DNA of 64,000 nucleotides. Origin: Eledone cirrhosa (taxonomy: Eukaryota). Under the pieces are notes generated by a model. That model had not been told where the DNA came from. It saw only the letters and a program-made list of their open reading frames with translations, and ran no database searches. The position numbers were made by a program, and so were the translations under genes. Positions 36,568 through 50,594 of the stretch are shown piece after piece. The stretch is taken from the NCBI GenBank assembly GCA_964016885.1, contig OZ024743.1, forward strand, positions 124,062,001-124,126,000, in the 5' to 3' direction. The stretch's first letter is position 1, and each line of letters opens with the position of its first letter.

Positions 36568-38672
36568 TTTCACTTTTTCTAGCCATCTGGCTGAGGACAT
36601 TTTTTTTATCCTCTTTTGTATACTTTCATACGTTAATATTTTCATTTATTGAATTCTGTCCATCTATATTTTCAGTGGGTTAAATTATGAAATTTTTATC
36701 ATTCTTTCCCATTTTATCAACCTAGTTTAATACGAGAACACCATCACCTATATGAATTCCGGAAAATATATTTTAAAATATGCATTTATTATGACAATAT
36801 TACCGCTTTTAGAAATGGAGGAAGTAGTATGATTTCTTAAAATGTTCTGTTACCATTTTATTTTCCTCAAATCCCGCCGAGGTTAGATTTGCTTTTCATT
36901 CTTATGGGGTCAATAAAATAAAAAAACCAGTAATGCTGGCCTTGTGCCGAGAGTAGAAACAATTATTTTCCTGGATATCGCCATCTTGAAAATAAATTAG
37001 TGAATATATACCGCCATATGTTTTTGGGGGAGGGGGTTGTAAGTTTACAAACGAATGTGAATGACTTCAAATATGTAGAATTAATTATACATTTTAAGTA
37101 TATATTTTATAATTTTTTTTTCTCTAGTAGATTTGATGATTGGGTTAACTTCTCTACCATGTATTAGGAAGATTTAAAAATCAAGAACGTCATCAGAAAT
37201 AGTGAATATTGTGACAGGGGAGATAATTGCATTAGATTTCGTGGTTTCTCCCTAAAAACTACTGATACATATTTTGCTTCTTTTTTATTTTTAAGTTTGG
37301 ATTTAATTAATTACCCTTAATGGAGATACCCCTTATTTAGTCTATGGACTTGCCTTACTTTATTACTCAAACGAGTATGTCAGTTTCGGTTGGTCTTTTC
37401 TAGCAAATCTATATGAAATTCCTTTAATTCCTACTCAGAAAAAACCGGAACCCTTTCGTTACTACTATAATTCAGATTGAAATACTCTTGTATTTAAATT
37501 AAACACCGCCCCGTCATAGGACAGAGCCTGTCACCCTTTCCCGTTACTGAATAGGCCTTGCTCTTTCTCTCCTTTTTTTTTCACATAGTACTTTCCTATA
37601 CAGCCAGATCTGCCTTTCCCCCTTGTTTTTTCATTAGTTAATTTTTTATCTGTTAATATTTCCTCATTATATAGCTTCTGTTTGTTAATATAGTTAACAC
37701 ATCAATTCTAAATTATTCGTGAATCTGTCCATTGATAGTCATGATATTCTTCGTTGTAGATGACAACCATTTACGTATATGGTTTATGCGTTGTCACGAC
37801 TGGTGTTATTTTATGAAATAAAATATTTATGGATTTATATACATTGTCACCTAGAAAATATGGCGATCTAGGCACTGCAGTACTTGAATCACACCCGGCG
37901 ATGTTTTTATAAGACGTAGGCAGATTTTTTTTAAATGTTCTTAAGTGCGCTTTTCCTTTATTTTTTATTTTTTGTTTCTTTTTTTAAAATTAAGTGGCAG
38001 CGAGTAGTAAGTTCACAAATATAAAACTGGCATAAACTATTATTTCTGACTTTTTGGTATGTTGTGAAAAAATATATTTATACGTTGAGGCGTTATATAT
38101 GTTTCTGAAGACCCTTGGAAGGTGCTGTATCTTATTCGTCTTTTTTTTTTTATTCAGAAATGGCAAGTCAGGTTTTTACATTTTCATTAGTTCCCAATTT
38201 TAATTACGCTGCCTTATTTCAAATTTTTACGTTTTTAAATTGTCTCGTATTTTACTTGATACAACATCCGCAATATGTAGTCAATTCGTTTTGGCAGCTG
38301 AGTCGGTGTAAGCACGTTACGTAACCAGCCGTAACTATTTTTTTAATTCTTCGCATTCCTACATATATTCGACTGCTCTTCAGTTTAGGTAGATAAATTG
38401 ACATGAAACTTTTGGGGTGGAGCTTTAGGCAAGATTCTTAATTTATCGGTGGGCAACAATTCACTGCAAATAGCCTTTTTTTGGTAGGTCGGTATCGAAA
38501 GATATTTTCTAAAATCTTTTATCGATTATAAAAAAAATTAAGGCGAAGTTATACAATGAAAGTGAATGTTTCGCTTTAGTTATATAATTGGTACCTTGGA
38601 TATTATACAGAAGACCTGTTTGATATGGGGGGGGGGGGGGGTTCTATCTTTTTGTGTGCTAGCAACTAATAA

Positions 38673-40333
38673 CACTGATCAACAAAAAAATATTCATTTC
38701 ATGGTTCTGGTATTATTTAGTATGATTCTAGGGTAATCAAGTGTACAGAATCTGAATATGACAACGGTTAAGCTGTATCGGGTCTAGTTTTCGAGAACCA
38801 GCATATCCATGTTTATGACCCATAGCTATGTTGCTCATATTACTTCATCCAATTGTATCCAGTATATTTTGTTAACTAATTTATACTTACTGCTTTTGTT
38901 TCAGATCACAGAATTGTAACTATCCTCAGCTACTCTTGGATAATTCACAACAACTTTGACTAGTGGGAGAGATGGAACGCCGGAAATGTGTAAATGACCC
39001 GGACCGATTTTGCTATATTTGTTGACTCTTTACCAACGATTGCTACTTCTGCTATATAAACATCCAAGGAATAACTGTGAAGACACAAACTACACTTCAA
39101 TACCCGACATCTCGTCAGCAATCCTGCTGAACACGAGCTAATTTCTGATTCCAGTAGCACCCCTATTGATGATGACTATCAAGACGAACACGAGACAAGT
39201 GAACCCAAACCATTTAACCAGGAAGCGCTTCACGATCTCATTAGAGACCTACATTTGTCTAAAGAAAAGGCAGAGCTCCTGGGATCAAGACTGAAGCAAC
39301 AAAACCTGCTGGAACCTGGCGTCCGCATTACAACTTAATTAGTCTACTTCTAGGTCTTCAGACTGGTGACACAAAGCATATGTGTTTTCTATGTTTGTGG
39401 AATAGTAGAGCAGATGCGGAGCACTACATGAAGAAGGATTGGCCAACAAGACCAAAGGATGCACCCGTAGATTCAACTGTCTGTACAAACCTCTTGTGGA
39501 TCCAGAAAAAGTATTCCTCCCTCCATTACATCTCAAATTAGGCTTGGCCAAAAACTTTATTAAAAGCATGGATCATACGGGTAATGGGTTTCAGTACTTG
39601 TGTAAGAAATTGGGTAGAGTGGTATCTGAAGCAAAGTTAAAAGCAGGGCTTTTGAATGGTCCTCAGATTCGTATGCTGGTTAATGATGGTGAGTTTACGA
39701 AAACACTAAACCCTTTGGAGACTAATGCATGGAAATCATTTGTAGATGTGACACAGAACTTGGAAACCACCGTGCAGACAACTATAAAGAAATTGTTGAA
39801 ACCATGATACAAAATTATCGCGCTCTGGGTTCATGAATGTTGTTGAAGCTTCATTTCTTCCCAAGTAATCTAGGAGACATCAGTGATGAACATGGACAGG
39901 GGTTTCACCAGGACATTGCCATAATGGACAGAAGATATCAGGGTCGGTTCAATCCCAACATGATGGGCGACTACTGCTGGACACTGCAACGTGGGGAGAG
40001 CCAGCAAAACAAGCGTAAAAGCAAAATCCAGAAATTTTTTTAGAAATGTTTTGAAATATTTTCTTGTGTTCAGAATGTTGTTCAGAAATATTTTGTTAAT
40101 ATACTAAGTGTTACAAAAATAAATAAAAATGTTTATATATTTTTATTAATAAGTTAATGTTTATATCTAAGTCATCATATGTTACACAATGGATAAATAA
40201 TGCAATACGAGGAACATTTTCGATCTCATATTAAGGCATAGCAAAAAATGAATATCAAAACTGAATTTAGTGCTATGAAATTAGTAAGATGCACATATTC
40301 ACATGTAAGAACCATTTTGGCTGTTGACCAGTG
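38673..40333 (+). mobile_element. Chapaev3-like DNA transposon, internally deleted, both ends present
   Basis: TIRs CACTGaTCAACA/TGTTGACCAGTG with TAA on both sides. Transposase motifs KCVNDPDRFCYIC, LPPLHLKLGL, GPQIR, SDEHGQ.FHQDI..RYQGR..MMGDYCW. Confidence 0.85.
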
Positions 40334-40499
40334 TAATCTAACATCAAAGATTCTGACAATCAATAATTATTTCCCACCAAACACAAGAGGTATGTAGTTT
40401 CTGCGAAACTCCGATGGTCTTTTCTACAAATCTAGTCGTTTCCGACTGGTTTGGAGGTTATATTTGTTTAAAAAAATGGAAAAAACTCTGAGGAAAAAG

Positions 40500-40980
40500 T
40501 TGATTGCCAGAATCTTGGAGGTTAGATTAGTTGATAGCACACGAAAAAGTATTTTTCCCCACTGAAATCGAGTGGTGTGATTTACTGGAATTTTTTTTAT
40601 TATACGTCTGTGTGATGGGTTCGACGATGAAATATGTTTTTCCTATGATTTTTTAATGTTTTGATCGAATATAGCTTTCAGAACTTAAGCATTTTCTGTG
40701 GTTCTCTCACTCGAGAACGGCTATGGTGTAGAATCAAAATGATTGAATCTGAAGGGATATAAAAACGACCAGAGTAATCTTTCGTTATTGATACATGGGA
40801 AGTGTGCATTTTAGTTTCGTATCTTCAAAGTAAACTTTTGATGTTTTACATAAACGTACAGCTGAAAACGAAATGAAAAGTTCAAATAGTGAGCTAAGTA
40901 CATAGTCCCTATTTCGATTAGAACACTCCCCTCGATTTCAGTGGAAAAAAAAATTCTTTTTCGTGTGCTAATCTAACTTT
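40500..40980. mobile_element. MITE-like inverted repeats
   Basis: gttagattagttgatagcacacgaaaaag..cactgaaatcgag (40521-40575) is mirrored at 40931-40977; related to the Chapaev insertion site. Confidence 0.45.
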
Positions 40981-41516
40981 CAATGAGCTTGCTCCTCAAT
41001 ACATTAGTGGGTTGCTTCATAGTACCAAGTATTAAAATAAAAGCGCCTATGAACTTTTTATTTTTTTATTTTGCCTTGATAGTTTTATGGCTCAAAGGCA
41101 ATTATGAATCTTACACTTTTAAGCATTATTTTTGGGGGGTTTTGTTTTTTCCCTAATTAGATTATATTATCAAGTATCACTGAATTAATATTTTTACCTT
41201 AAAGTAAATGTTCATTTTTAGTCTCAACTATTGTATTCGTGTCTAATATGTAACTAGTTGTTAAACTGGTTTGTGTGACTTTAACACTGGAGGCTTCCCG
41301 GTTTTTTAATGATTGGTGGAATCTGATGATTAGATACTTCTTTTATAACTGGTTTTATAGTATGTGGTTATATTGTCAATTAAAATGTGCCTTTTATGAA
41401 ATTAATCAGCAAAACTTGTGTGCAATATTATTTGGTGACAATGTTTTTTTTTTTTTTTTGTTCTCTTGACTGCTCTAAGTTTTATATTCTTAAATTTTTA
41501 TTTTTTATTTGTTTAG

Positions 41517-41729
41517 GTTCATTTTGCTACTGGGGAGAAATTAGAAACTAAACACTTTATGTTTGCATGGAGTTATGCATACCAAGCTGCCCGTAAAGGT
41601 GAATGGATACAAATCCATGTTGATTCAGAGAGGTTTCGATGTCGGATAGAAGGCATGGAGCAAGTGTTAACCCCTATTCTGGATCCTTCCCACAGACTGA
41701 AGATTTTAGCAGGTCATATAAATACATGA
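41517..41729 (+). CDS. PPP1R15: PPP1R15 exon 2: PP1-binding and eIF2-alpha-binding C-terminal domain
   Basis: After a polypyrimidine tract and tttag|, reads VHFATGEKLETKHFMFAWSYAYQAARKGEWIQIHVDSERFRCRIEGMEQVLTPILDPSHRLKILAGHINT*. K|VHF is the RVxF motif; ARxGxW and DxxRFxxRI are family motifs. Confidence 0.93.
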   Translation, partial: VHFATGEKLETKHFMFAWSYAYQAARKGEWIQIHVDSERFRCRIEGMEQVLTPILDPSHRLKILAGHINT

Positions 41730-43170
41730 TTTTCTGTTTAAAGGAAAGCTTTGAAAGAAATATAAACATTTTACATATGCATTTTGCATCTAGTGAAGAT
41801 TTTGGTTAACTGTGAAGAATTGCTGTATTTATCTTTGGACATTGAAACACATTTCTCAACAACCACAAACATACATTACAGACTGCTGAATGCAATCTTG
41901 TCATGTACCCATGACAATCAAATGAAGACCATTTAAAATATTGTCATTTAAGCATTCTGTGATATGAAATGAAATATTTTTGTAATTAAACTAAAAGAAA
42001 ACGTAAGTTCTGATGGCCCTTCAGAGCTTTTGAAATCAAATAAGCTTTCACCTAAATTCGAATTAATGTCATTAACTCAAATGTGGAAATTGGCAGTAGT
42101 AGTAGTATATCTTTCACACCAGACATTTAAAAATATTTAAACAGTCAAAAGTAATCTAACTTGGCCTTAAATATCAATTATTTATTGATTAGCTGTGTAA
42201 AATCACTTAATGTATTCATTTTGGTTGTCTAATGACTCGGATTTTGAGTTGTTTTGCCAGCTAATCGTTGAAGATTGCTAACTCTCAAATAATTGGATGG
42301 TGGTGTTTTGGGATACCTACCCTAAATAAATTGTAAAATTTTTTAGCATTTGGTGTAAGTTTATTACATCAGCTTACTTTTGGGTCCCAAATTGGAGGGG
42401 TAGAATCAGTAATTTTCTAGGTTGTCTCCGTCGATTTTTATTTTTATTTAACCAGTAGTCGTTTAATTTACATATTGAGACCCCCAACCCATCCTATTTG
42501 TGTAGGATTAAAGAAAATTAATTGTTGGAGGTAGATTAACGAAATTTAATTGGGAGTGAAAAAATATTGGGTGGGGGTAGGGGGGATTCGAAACCCAAGA
42601 ATACTTAACTAACTGAAGTTAACTTATTACTACTGTAAACTGAGAGACCCCACAGTTTAAGGGGAGATAATGACACTGATGATTTAACATCTTCTATGAA
42701 GGTATCTGGAATAGATTTAATACCATTTTCTTTCAGAATCATCTTTGCTTTTAATAAAATGGCATTCTTAACTATTATGCTTCAAACTTATTGTATGGCA
42801 ATTTTATCTGCATAGGCATGCAATTGTAACTTGAAAATTTTAAATTGTTTTTTTATTTTTTGTCATTTAATTAGTTAATCAGTTATAGTTTAAAGTAATT
42901 ATTTTGCAAGGTATTTCTTTATTATAATAGATTTTTTTTTTTTTCTTGTAATTCCCAACATGACAACAACATTTCATCTTAAGATATGGTGTGTTGCATG
43001 TTGGTTATTGAATGCCTTCTGGGTTGGGCTTTAAACCCATGTAGATACTTCAATTTCTCTCCATTTTCGCGCGGAGAAAGTTAAAACTACTTAAATAAAA
43101 ATGTAACTTTTAAATCTAATGTTTGCTTTTTTAATTTTCTTTTCCAATGTCACTAATAATTTGGATTACA

Positions 43171-44539
43171 TTAACCCTTTAGCATTCAAAGCGACAAAAA
43201 CCGACAAGATTATGTCCCCCTTCATTTATTCAAACCGACAAAAACCGACATTTAATACCACACGGAGATTTCCTTCTAAAAATAAACATTGACATCATCG
43301 AAATCTCGTCAATTCGAGATTACTGCGAGATAAAGCCCTTACGCGCGAAAATTAACTCTTAGTATAGTTAAAGAACTTGCGATAACACGTGTTTTTAACG
43401 TTGAAAGTGTAACATGGCTTCCGAAAGTAGCGACAACGAATTTGAAGGTTTTACGTCCGACGACATTCGAGATCAAAAAGAAACAAGATAATATCAGTGA
43501 TTTATCTTCAAACGAATCAGATATATTTATTTCTGATATATCTGATAATGATGATAGTTACTTTGAAAGTGAAAGAGAAGATTTGACTGACACCATTGAA
43601 AAAATAACAACGTGGTTGAAAGAAACATCGATACATGTTTCGGATTTTACTGAAAATATTGGACCACAACACACATTACCACCCGATGCTAAAGCACTGG
43701 ATTATTATTTTTTATTTTTACCACAATCTTTCTTCGAAGTTGTGGCAAATCGCTATGCACAACAACAAACTTCTAATATCGGAAAACCCGATCTGTTATG
43801 TTGTCCGACAGATTCTGCCGAAATGAAAGCGTTTTTTACCATAAATATTATGTTTGGTATTAAACAATTTCCACGACTGTGGAATTATTGGAGTACTGAT
43901 ATATGGTTTGGTGACCCTTATATATCTAGTATTATGGCAAAAACGAGATTCATTAAATTAAACCAGTATTTGCATCTGGTTGATACTTCAAATGCCCCTG
44001 GTAGAAATGAATCAAATTACGACCCACTGTACAAAGTACGACCATTAATTGAAATATTATCAGAAAAATTTAAAAGTGTGTATAAACTTATATATTGGGA
44101 ACTTTCTATTACGTAATTTTACACCGTACATTTACAGAGTACATTGCCAATATTATTTTGACCGGTGAAAAGGTTTTATACATTTTTTTTCAATGAAAAT
44201 ATTTGCCTGGAATGTAGAGAAAGACTAAAACCGTGTACTGATTACACCTGCATTTTTAATTAATTCACCTGTTCAGAAAACTGCTAGAATTGATGGAAAT
44301 CAGCATCTAGGTCATTATTGGATTTTTTTTGCAACAAATCTAACAGATAAAGTTTAAATTTTTGTGTTTATCCATAAAGTTATTACTTTTACACCTGTTA
44401 ATTAATTTCACCTGCCCATAAAAGTCAAATTTAACAAAAAAAATCAGGTAAAAATATATAATTGTAAATTATAGTTATTTAAATTGAAAACAATTCAGAG
44501 GTAAATTTTCAAGGTTTATAATTAAATGTTAATGGTTCA
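43171..44539 (+). mobile_element. piggyBac element remnant with truncated transposase
   Basis: TTAA|CCCTTTAGCATTCAAA end, subterminal cgacaaaaaccgaca repeats, MASESSDNEFEGF at 43414, YWS..IM..RF..LH..DPLYKVRPL. The ORF breaks just before the first catalytic Asp; the right end is degenerate. Confidence 0.8.
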
Positions 44540-44793
44540 GAGGACAACTAAGCATAATTGGTTGTTAGCAGCAAATAGAATCGTATCAAACCCATCATAG
44601 TTACTGTGGAAAATTAGTGATTTTGTAGTTTTCCTTTTTTTTTCTTCCTCCCCCACCAATACTTGTTTGGCAAGTGATATGGTTTGAGATTGCCTGTTTA
44701 AGCTAATTAAATCAACTGTAAGTGCAAGACATTTTTTTTTTAATTTTTTACATTTCAAAAATATGTAAATAAGTTTCCATTCAAACATTGAAG

Positions 44794-45195
44794 TTAACCT
44801 TTTAGCATTTACATTTCTCTATATTTACTATTATACTTTATCTCACATAATATCGAATCTGAGATTTTGACATTATTCGTTTTGAGAACAATACCTTTAG
44901 ATAAGTATGAGCAGTTGGATATGTCTGGTTTAAATGCTAAGGGGTTTATTTGTATTTTAACAAAGGAATAATGATTTTGTGAAATATCTGGATTATCTCA
45001 ACTTTTCAGCTAATATTTGGTTATGTTGATTAACCCTTTAGTGTTCAAACTGGCCAGAATTCTCTACCTCTTTCTGTTGAAACTGGCTGTAACCGGTTGC
45101 TCAAACTGATGTTAAGGTATTGTTCTCAAAATAAATACTTTCAAAAGCCTTTACCATGAAAATATAATAGTATATATAAAATAATGTGAATGCTA
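44794..45195. mobile_element. Two piggyBac-derived MITEs (44794-44948; 45030-~45195)
   Basis: ttaacc(c)tttag(c/t).tt termini matching the 43175 TIR; interiors homologous to 50036-50235. Confidence 0.7.
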
Positions 45196-48100
45196 TTACA
45201 AATATAATAGTTTTTACCAAATATCTCTATATACCCAGTCTGCCATCACAAACTAGTTTTATGCTGATATTTTACTCTTTTCATAAAATTTTGATTGAAA
45301 TTACTGAAAATGTATGGTGTCATTTCATATAATCTGAGGTATTTTTTTTTTTTTTCTCTCCTTGAACTGATTTTAACAAACTTAAGAATTCCTCTTTTCT
45401 TCTAAGTCAGTATTATGAGTAAAAAAAAATCGTTGGACATATTAACACTAGTCACATGAAGTAGTGTAAGGTAAACTGCCAATTAAATACAAGCAAATAT
45501 GTGGTTCCAGGTTTGATCTCTAGATGGCAACCTGTTGTGTTAATGTATTCGCCGAGGATATGAATGGACCACCATTGGTTTTGACAGAACGGCCTGCTTG
45601 TAAAATTGTAAGTGGTTTAGCATTCCACAGACATTTGTACCCATAACAAATCACTGGAACATTCAGCATAGCACTGTGACGTCATTGCCTGTTTAAATTA
45701 CAGGTACATCCCATCTGATGGACTTTGAACAGTTTCTCTCCACCCATTTTCACTAACAAAGCATAGGTTGATTCAAGGTTGTGGTAAATGACACTTGTCT
45801 AAAATGGAACACAGTAGGTTTGAATCCAGGATTTAATGATTGTAAAATGAATTTCTTAACGATCTAGCCATGCTGTCTCTACATGTCTAAGGATATAAAC
45901 ATCTGCGAGAAATAAAATGTTTTATAAAGACCTTTGATGTTAAAGTAGTGGATTGGTAGCTTGCTGAGTAAAATGCCATTGCAATATCTGTTATGACTAC
46001 ATTCAAAGTTATTTTCACCTGCTGTTCTTCTTGGGTCAATAAAGTACCACTCAAGTACTGGAGTTGATTTAAATGACTTTCTTTCTCCCACATTGCTGGC
46101 TTTGTGCCTAAATTAGAAACCAATTAGACATTCTTGTTATTCACTGGCAGAAAAGATGTTTTACTTCATGATGCCCTTCCTGACACCAACTCTTTTTGTC
46201 TCTTGAGACAAAGGATATAGTGTACCTATCTCTTATTCTTAAATTCTTGCTGAATTCGATGAGTTGGAAAAATTTATAGGTGATAAAAATCATGGAATTG
46301 GAATTTCTTGAACTTGAATAAATAAATTAAATTCTGATATTTCGGTGCAGATTTTGATTTAAAAAGACAGTTGATAAACTAAAAAAAAATATAGCCTTCT
46401 CGAAAAAAGTGGATAAATGAAAACTGCAAGGCCTAATTGGTTAAAGTGTTCAACTCGGAATCATGTCATTGTTTTATTCCTGGGCCAGTTTAGTACACTT
46501 GAGCAAGATGCTTCTTTTCATAACTGGACTGGGGCCTCAGTCATTAAAACACTTGAGAAACTTTGTAGGAGGCTAGCTAAACCTGTATGTGAATGAACTG
46601 TAAATTTCATTTTCTTATTCAATTCTCAGTTATTGCATTATTTTTGCAAATTTAGTATTTATAAGCGTATTGATTTGGCAGTATTGGGTATTTATTTTGA
46701 GTCTGTGTTCTGAGTTATGGTTCACCACTTTTATCCTTTGGAAGTTGAGAAAATACCAGCCCAGCCCAGTGCTGGTGCAGCTCTCCTTCCAGCTGTCACA
46801 TTTTGGATGTTCCACTGGGTTATAGGAGGATGGCTCAAGGCAGTATGTCTGCTTACATCTACATGGACACCTGAAACGCTTAGCAAAGACATGGTAAATA
46901 CTACCAAGTCATACTCAATTGTGAGTGACAGGTTTTAGTTTTACATGGTTTTATCATTTAGTGTCTGAGTAGACAATATATTTACAAAAAAAATTGGATA
47001 TTGTGCCTCTTTTGCAAGAGCATTAAATGTACAAGTAATGTGAACTTGATTTTACTGACAAATGAAATTAGTTGGTCATAATGTGTCTAAAGCTATATCC
47101 CTAACACCATGGTGCTGAATACAAAGATGACAAAACTAATGAAAATGAAGCATCAGTAGAGTCTAGATTTCCTACAGAGGATTTCAATTCTTGCTACTGA
47201 TTATCATCCAAAGATGATAGAAATAAACACCAGAAATGTACAAATGTTTAAGTCTTGCAAAATATGCATGTGGCTTTATTAAAATCGGTATACAAGTAAT
47301 AAACAACCTGCAATTGCATAGTTATTCTAGCAGAAAAATATACCAGGTAACTTAGATTTTATTCTAATACTCAACTATTGTTAAAAAGAAAGGCTTGAAT
47401 TAAATTATTGCTAGAAATGTAGCATGAATGAATACAAAGGCTCAATTTTTGGTGGGACTGTTCATAACTTTGTCTATTGATATTTGTCGGGGAGATTGTG
47501 GAGTCGATTAGAGTGCCTTCAATCTATACTTGGCACTTTTGATTCATTGACACTTGGGGAGGGATTTAGTCAGTCATTCTACTATTCAACCGTATTCTCA
47601 ATGCTAAAAATGTTTATCGTGGAGTAACAAAAACAGCACTAAGCAAGATCTCATAACATCCTGAAATGATTTAGCAGAAAATATCTAAAAACAGGTGAGT
47701 TAATTCAAATGTTTATAGTGTCTTTGCTAGTGGAAAAATTGAAAATTTGTAGTAAACCTAAGTAAAAACTTCGCTTTTTCATATGAATCAGTCAATCTTG
47801 CTTTTCAAGAATGCCTTGCTAATGATTTCATGTAGTACAGGATGTTAAGAGTTAAGATAAATCCCTTGTAGCGAAGCGACACCTGTGAGGTGATAGCTCT
47901 GACGTCACTAACAGACACTCCGGCAAAAAAAATGCAGAGCGACAACATGCATTTTTCTTGGAGCTGATTGTACAAACACGCACCAGCCATTCGTATTCTT
48001 CTTAATATATTTGCAAGTCATAAATACACAAATGCACGTCTAAAACCTAATATATTAGTATGAATTTATTTGATTGTATTCTTCCTTTAAATGTGACATT

Positions 48101-48652
48101 ATACAATGTTTTATTGGAACTAAATCTCATAATTTTGGAACATGTGCTTGAAATCAACCATAAATATGCCAAATGTGTTTGTACATTTATATATATATAT
48201 AGATATATGTCTGTAATTCTTTAAAATTTACACACATATACACTCAATGCATTTTTTTTTTCGTATTTTTCTACATGTTCAATTTCCAATCACAAGGTCC
48301 TAGGTTCTAACCCTACATTTGTCCTTGTAAATAGATATTTTTCCAAAGATTTGCTCCTCATACATACATGGTGAGCATTTCAGTAATTATATTTTAGAAT
48401 AAATTACTAAAATATCGTTTTTCTCTTTATTCACTTCCATGTGTCAGTAATCAACATGGTTTCTCTCATGCAAATCATAAATTTTATCAAAACAAATTGT
48501 TCATATATTCTGTAACCCTGGCATGTTTGGACTACCAATCTTATATCCCAAAATCCAAGCTTTTGACAGCTCTGGTCCAATAATATGTAATGAATGTTGA
48601 GTAGATTAGGTTATGAGTTCAAATTTGCTCTCATGTTTCTCAGCAATATACT

Positions 48653-49163
48653 TTAACCCTTTAGCATTTACATCAATTCTCAGACTGGGTGATGTTGTTT
48701 CCTTGAGCAAGACACTTTATTTCACATTGCTCCAGTTTACTCATCTGTAGAAATGAGATGATAGGGACTGGTGTCCCTATCATTCCACTGCAAAGTGGTC
48801 GTGGAGGTGCCACGGCAAAAAAAGCACCCAGCCCACACTGTAAAGTGGACGTTTAGGTGCCACGGAAAAAAAGCACCCAGCACTCACTGTAAATGAGGTT
48901 GGTGTTAGGAAGGGCATCCAGCTGTAGAAATCAAGTCAGAATCAGTTCCTGTCCCACCCTTGCAAGCAGGGAAAAGCAGACGTAAAATGATGATTACTCT
49001 ATATAAACTATTGTATTTTCACAGTAAAGGCTTTATCTTACATAATATTGAATCTGAGATTTGAGAACAATACCTTAATGTTGGTATGAGGGGGACAGTT
49101 TGAACAGAAAGAGGTGAGAGAATTCTGGCTGGATATGGCTCATTTAAATGCTAAAAGGGTTAA
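48653..49163. mobile_element. piggyBac MITE interrupted by a SINE (48683-48995)
   Basis: TTAA|CCCTTTAGCATTT ... AAATGCTAAAAGGG|TTAA. Confidence 0.8.
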
Positions 49164-49227
49164 TTGTTATTGCCTCCACTTATCTTTTCTGAACAGATGC
49201 TAGGTAACTTGAGAATATTGCTTGTGA

Positions 49228-49545
49228 CTAGCTGACGTACCCAGCTTCGCCCGGGTAAACATGATAAGAGAAAATGACTATTGAATGTTTGTCTGGTTAC
49301 AGTATGAGGCGAGTCTGTGTGATACAAAAAACAGTAAAAAAAATCCTCCAGATATACCAGATTCTTCGTTGTACCGTTTGTGCATAGTATATGAACAATT
49401 CTAGGTGCTCCCACCTAGAATAGTGACCTCTAGGAGATGGTTCATCTTCTGCCTGACTGTAAAACGTGTATCATTGCATAGACGTGGTTATTCCACGTTT
49501 CTCAAAAGGATGATGGAAGTTCCAATCTTTTATATTATATGTAGA
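49228..49545 (-). mobile_element. Short non-autonomous Helitron
   Basis: On -: A|TC start; 3' hairpin cccgggcgaagctggg followed by CTAG|T. Confidence 0.7.
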
Positions 49546-50035
49546 TATAGATATAGATAATTAATATAAAAGATGTCCGTCAATGTAAAAAAAAGGTCCC
49601 TATTTACTCCCTTCACAACTCTGTGTGTTAGACTGACAGACAGATAAACTGCGTGGCGATTGTGGGATACCGCACGCAAACTTACACACACTCACACATG
49701 TTGATAGTTTTTACTTTCTGTGGAACGCACACACACAAACATACGCGCACGTACATACACATGTTAATAGTTATTGCTTTCCTTCCCCTCTTATTTCCAC
49801 ACACAGTCTCTACACTGACATATATACATAGTGTATCCAAACACAGCGTTCACTTCCCCTCTCACTCCCTCATTGGTATTATGCATATTAATTTGAGTTT
49901 GGCGTCGTTGACATGGGCGTTTGAAACCTATGAACCAATGATAATCGAGAATTATGACACACGGAATAATGACATTGTTGAAATTAATATATAGATAGAT
50001 TGTTGTCCTATCTAGGAGATTCATACTGCATCAGC

Positions 50036-50235
50036 TTAACCCTTTAATGTTCAAACCGGCCAGAATTCTCAACCTTTTTCTGTTGAAACTGGCTGTAACT
50101 GGTCACTCAAACTGATGTTGCGGTATTGTTCTCAAAATCTCATAGATTCGATATGTGAGATGATTATGCGAGGTAAAGCCTTTACCATGAAAATATAATA
50201 GTATATATAGAGTAATGTGAATGCTAAAGGGTTAA
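50036..50235. mobile_element. piggyBac MITE with intact TTAA TSD
   Basis: TTAA|ccctttaatgttca ... tgaatgctaaaggg|TTAA. Confidence 0.85.
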
Positions 50236-50594
50236 TGTTATGAAGCTAGAGCTATGTACTGACCTGACATTTACATTACTTTTATATAGCTAACAAATAG
50301 TAAATAATTTTATTAAAAATGTATGTATTTGTATAAAGTGCATCATGTTATTACCTGAAATGAACTCTCAAAATTGTTTTATGATTAGTATTGAGAAAAT
50401 TAGCCAGAAACATGATTGAGAAGACATGGATTTTATTGATTAACAAAGTTAATGGTGTTTTTTATCTTTAATATCATTTAGCTGTAAAATTTTCAGGCTT
50501 TCCGGGATGGGGAGATAGACATAACTGATGGTAATAATATGGTTATTTGCATTGTTGCAGGTCAGTTGAGAATAAAACAGGTACAGGTGAAGAA

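Noticed and set aside
41730-42760. AU-rich elements and polyA signals in the PPP1R15 3' UTR
   Set aside because: ATTTA and AATAAA are expected by chance at this AT content, and the UTR end cannot be fixed.
47900-47907. Perfect CRE TGACGTCA (also at 45677)
   Set aside because: No associated transcription unit is visible; isolated 8-mers are not informative.
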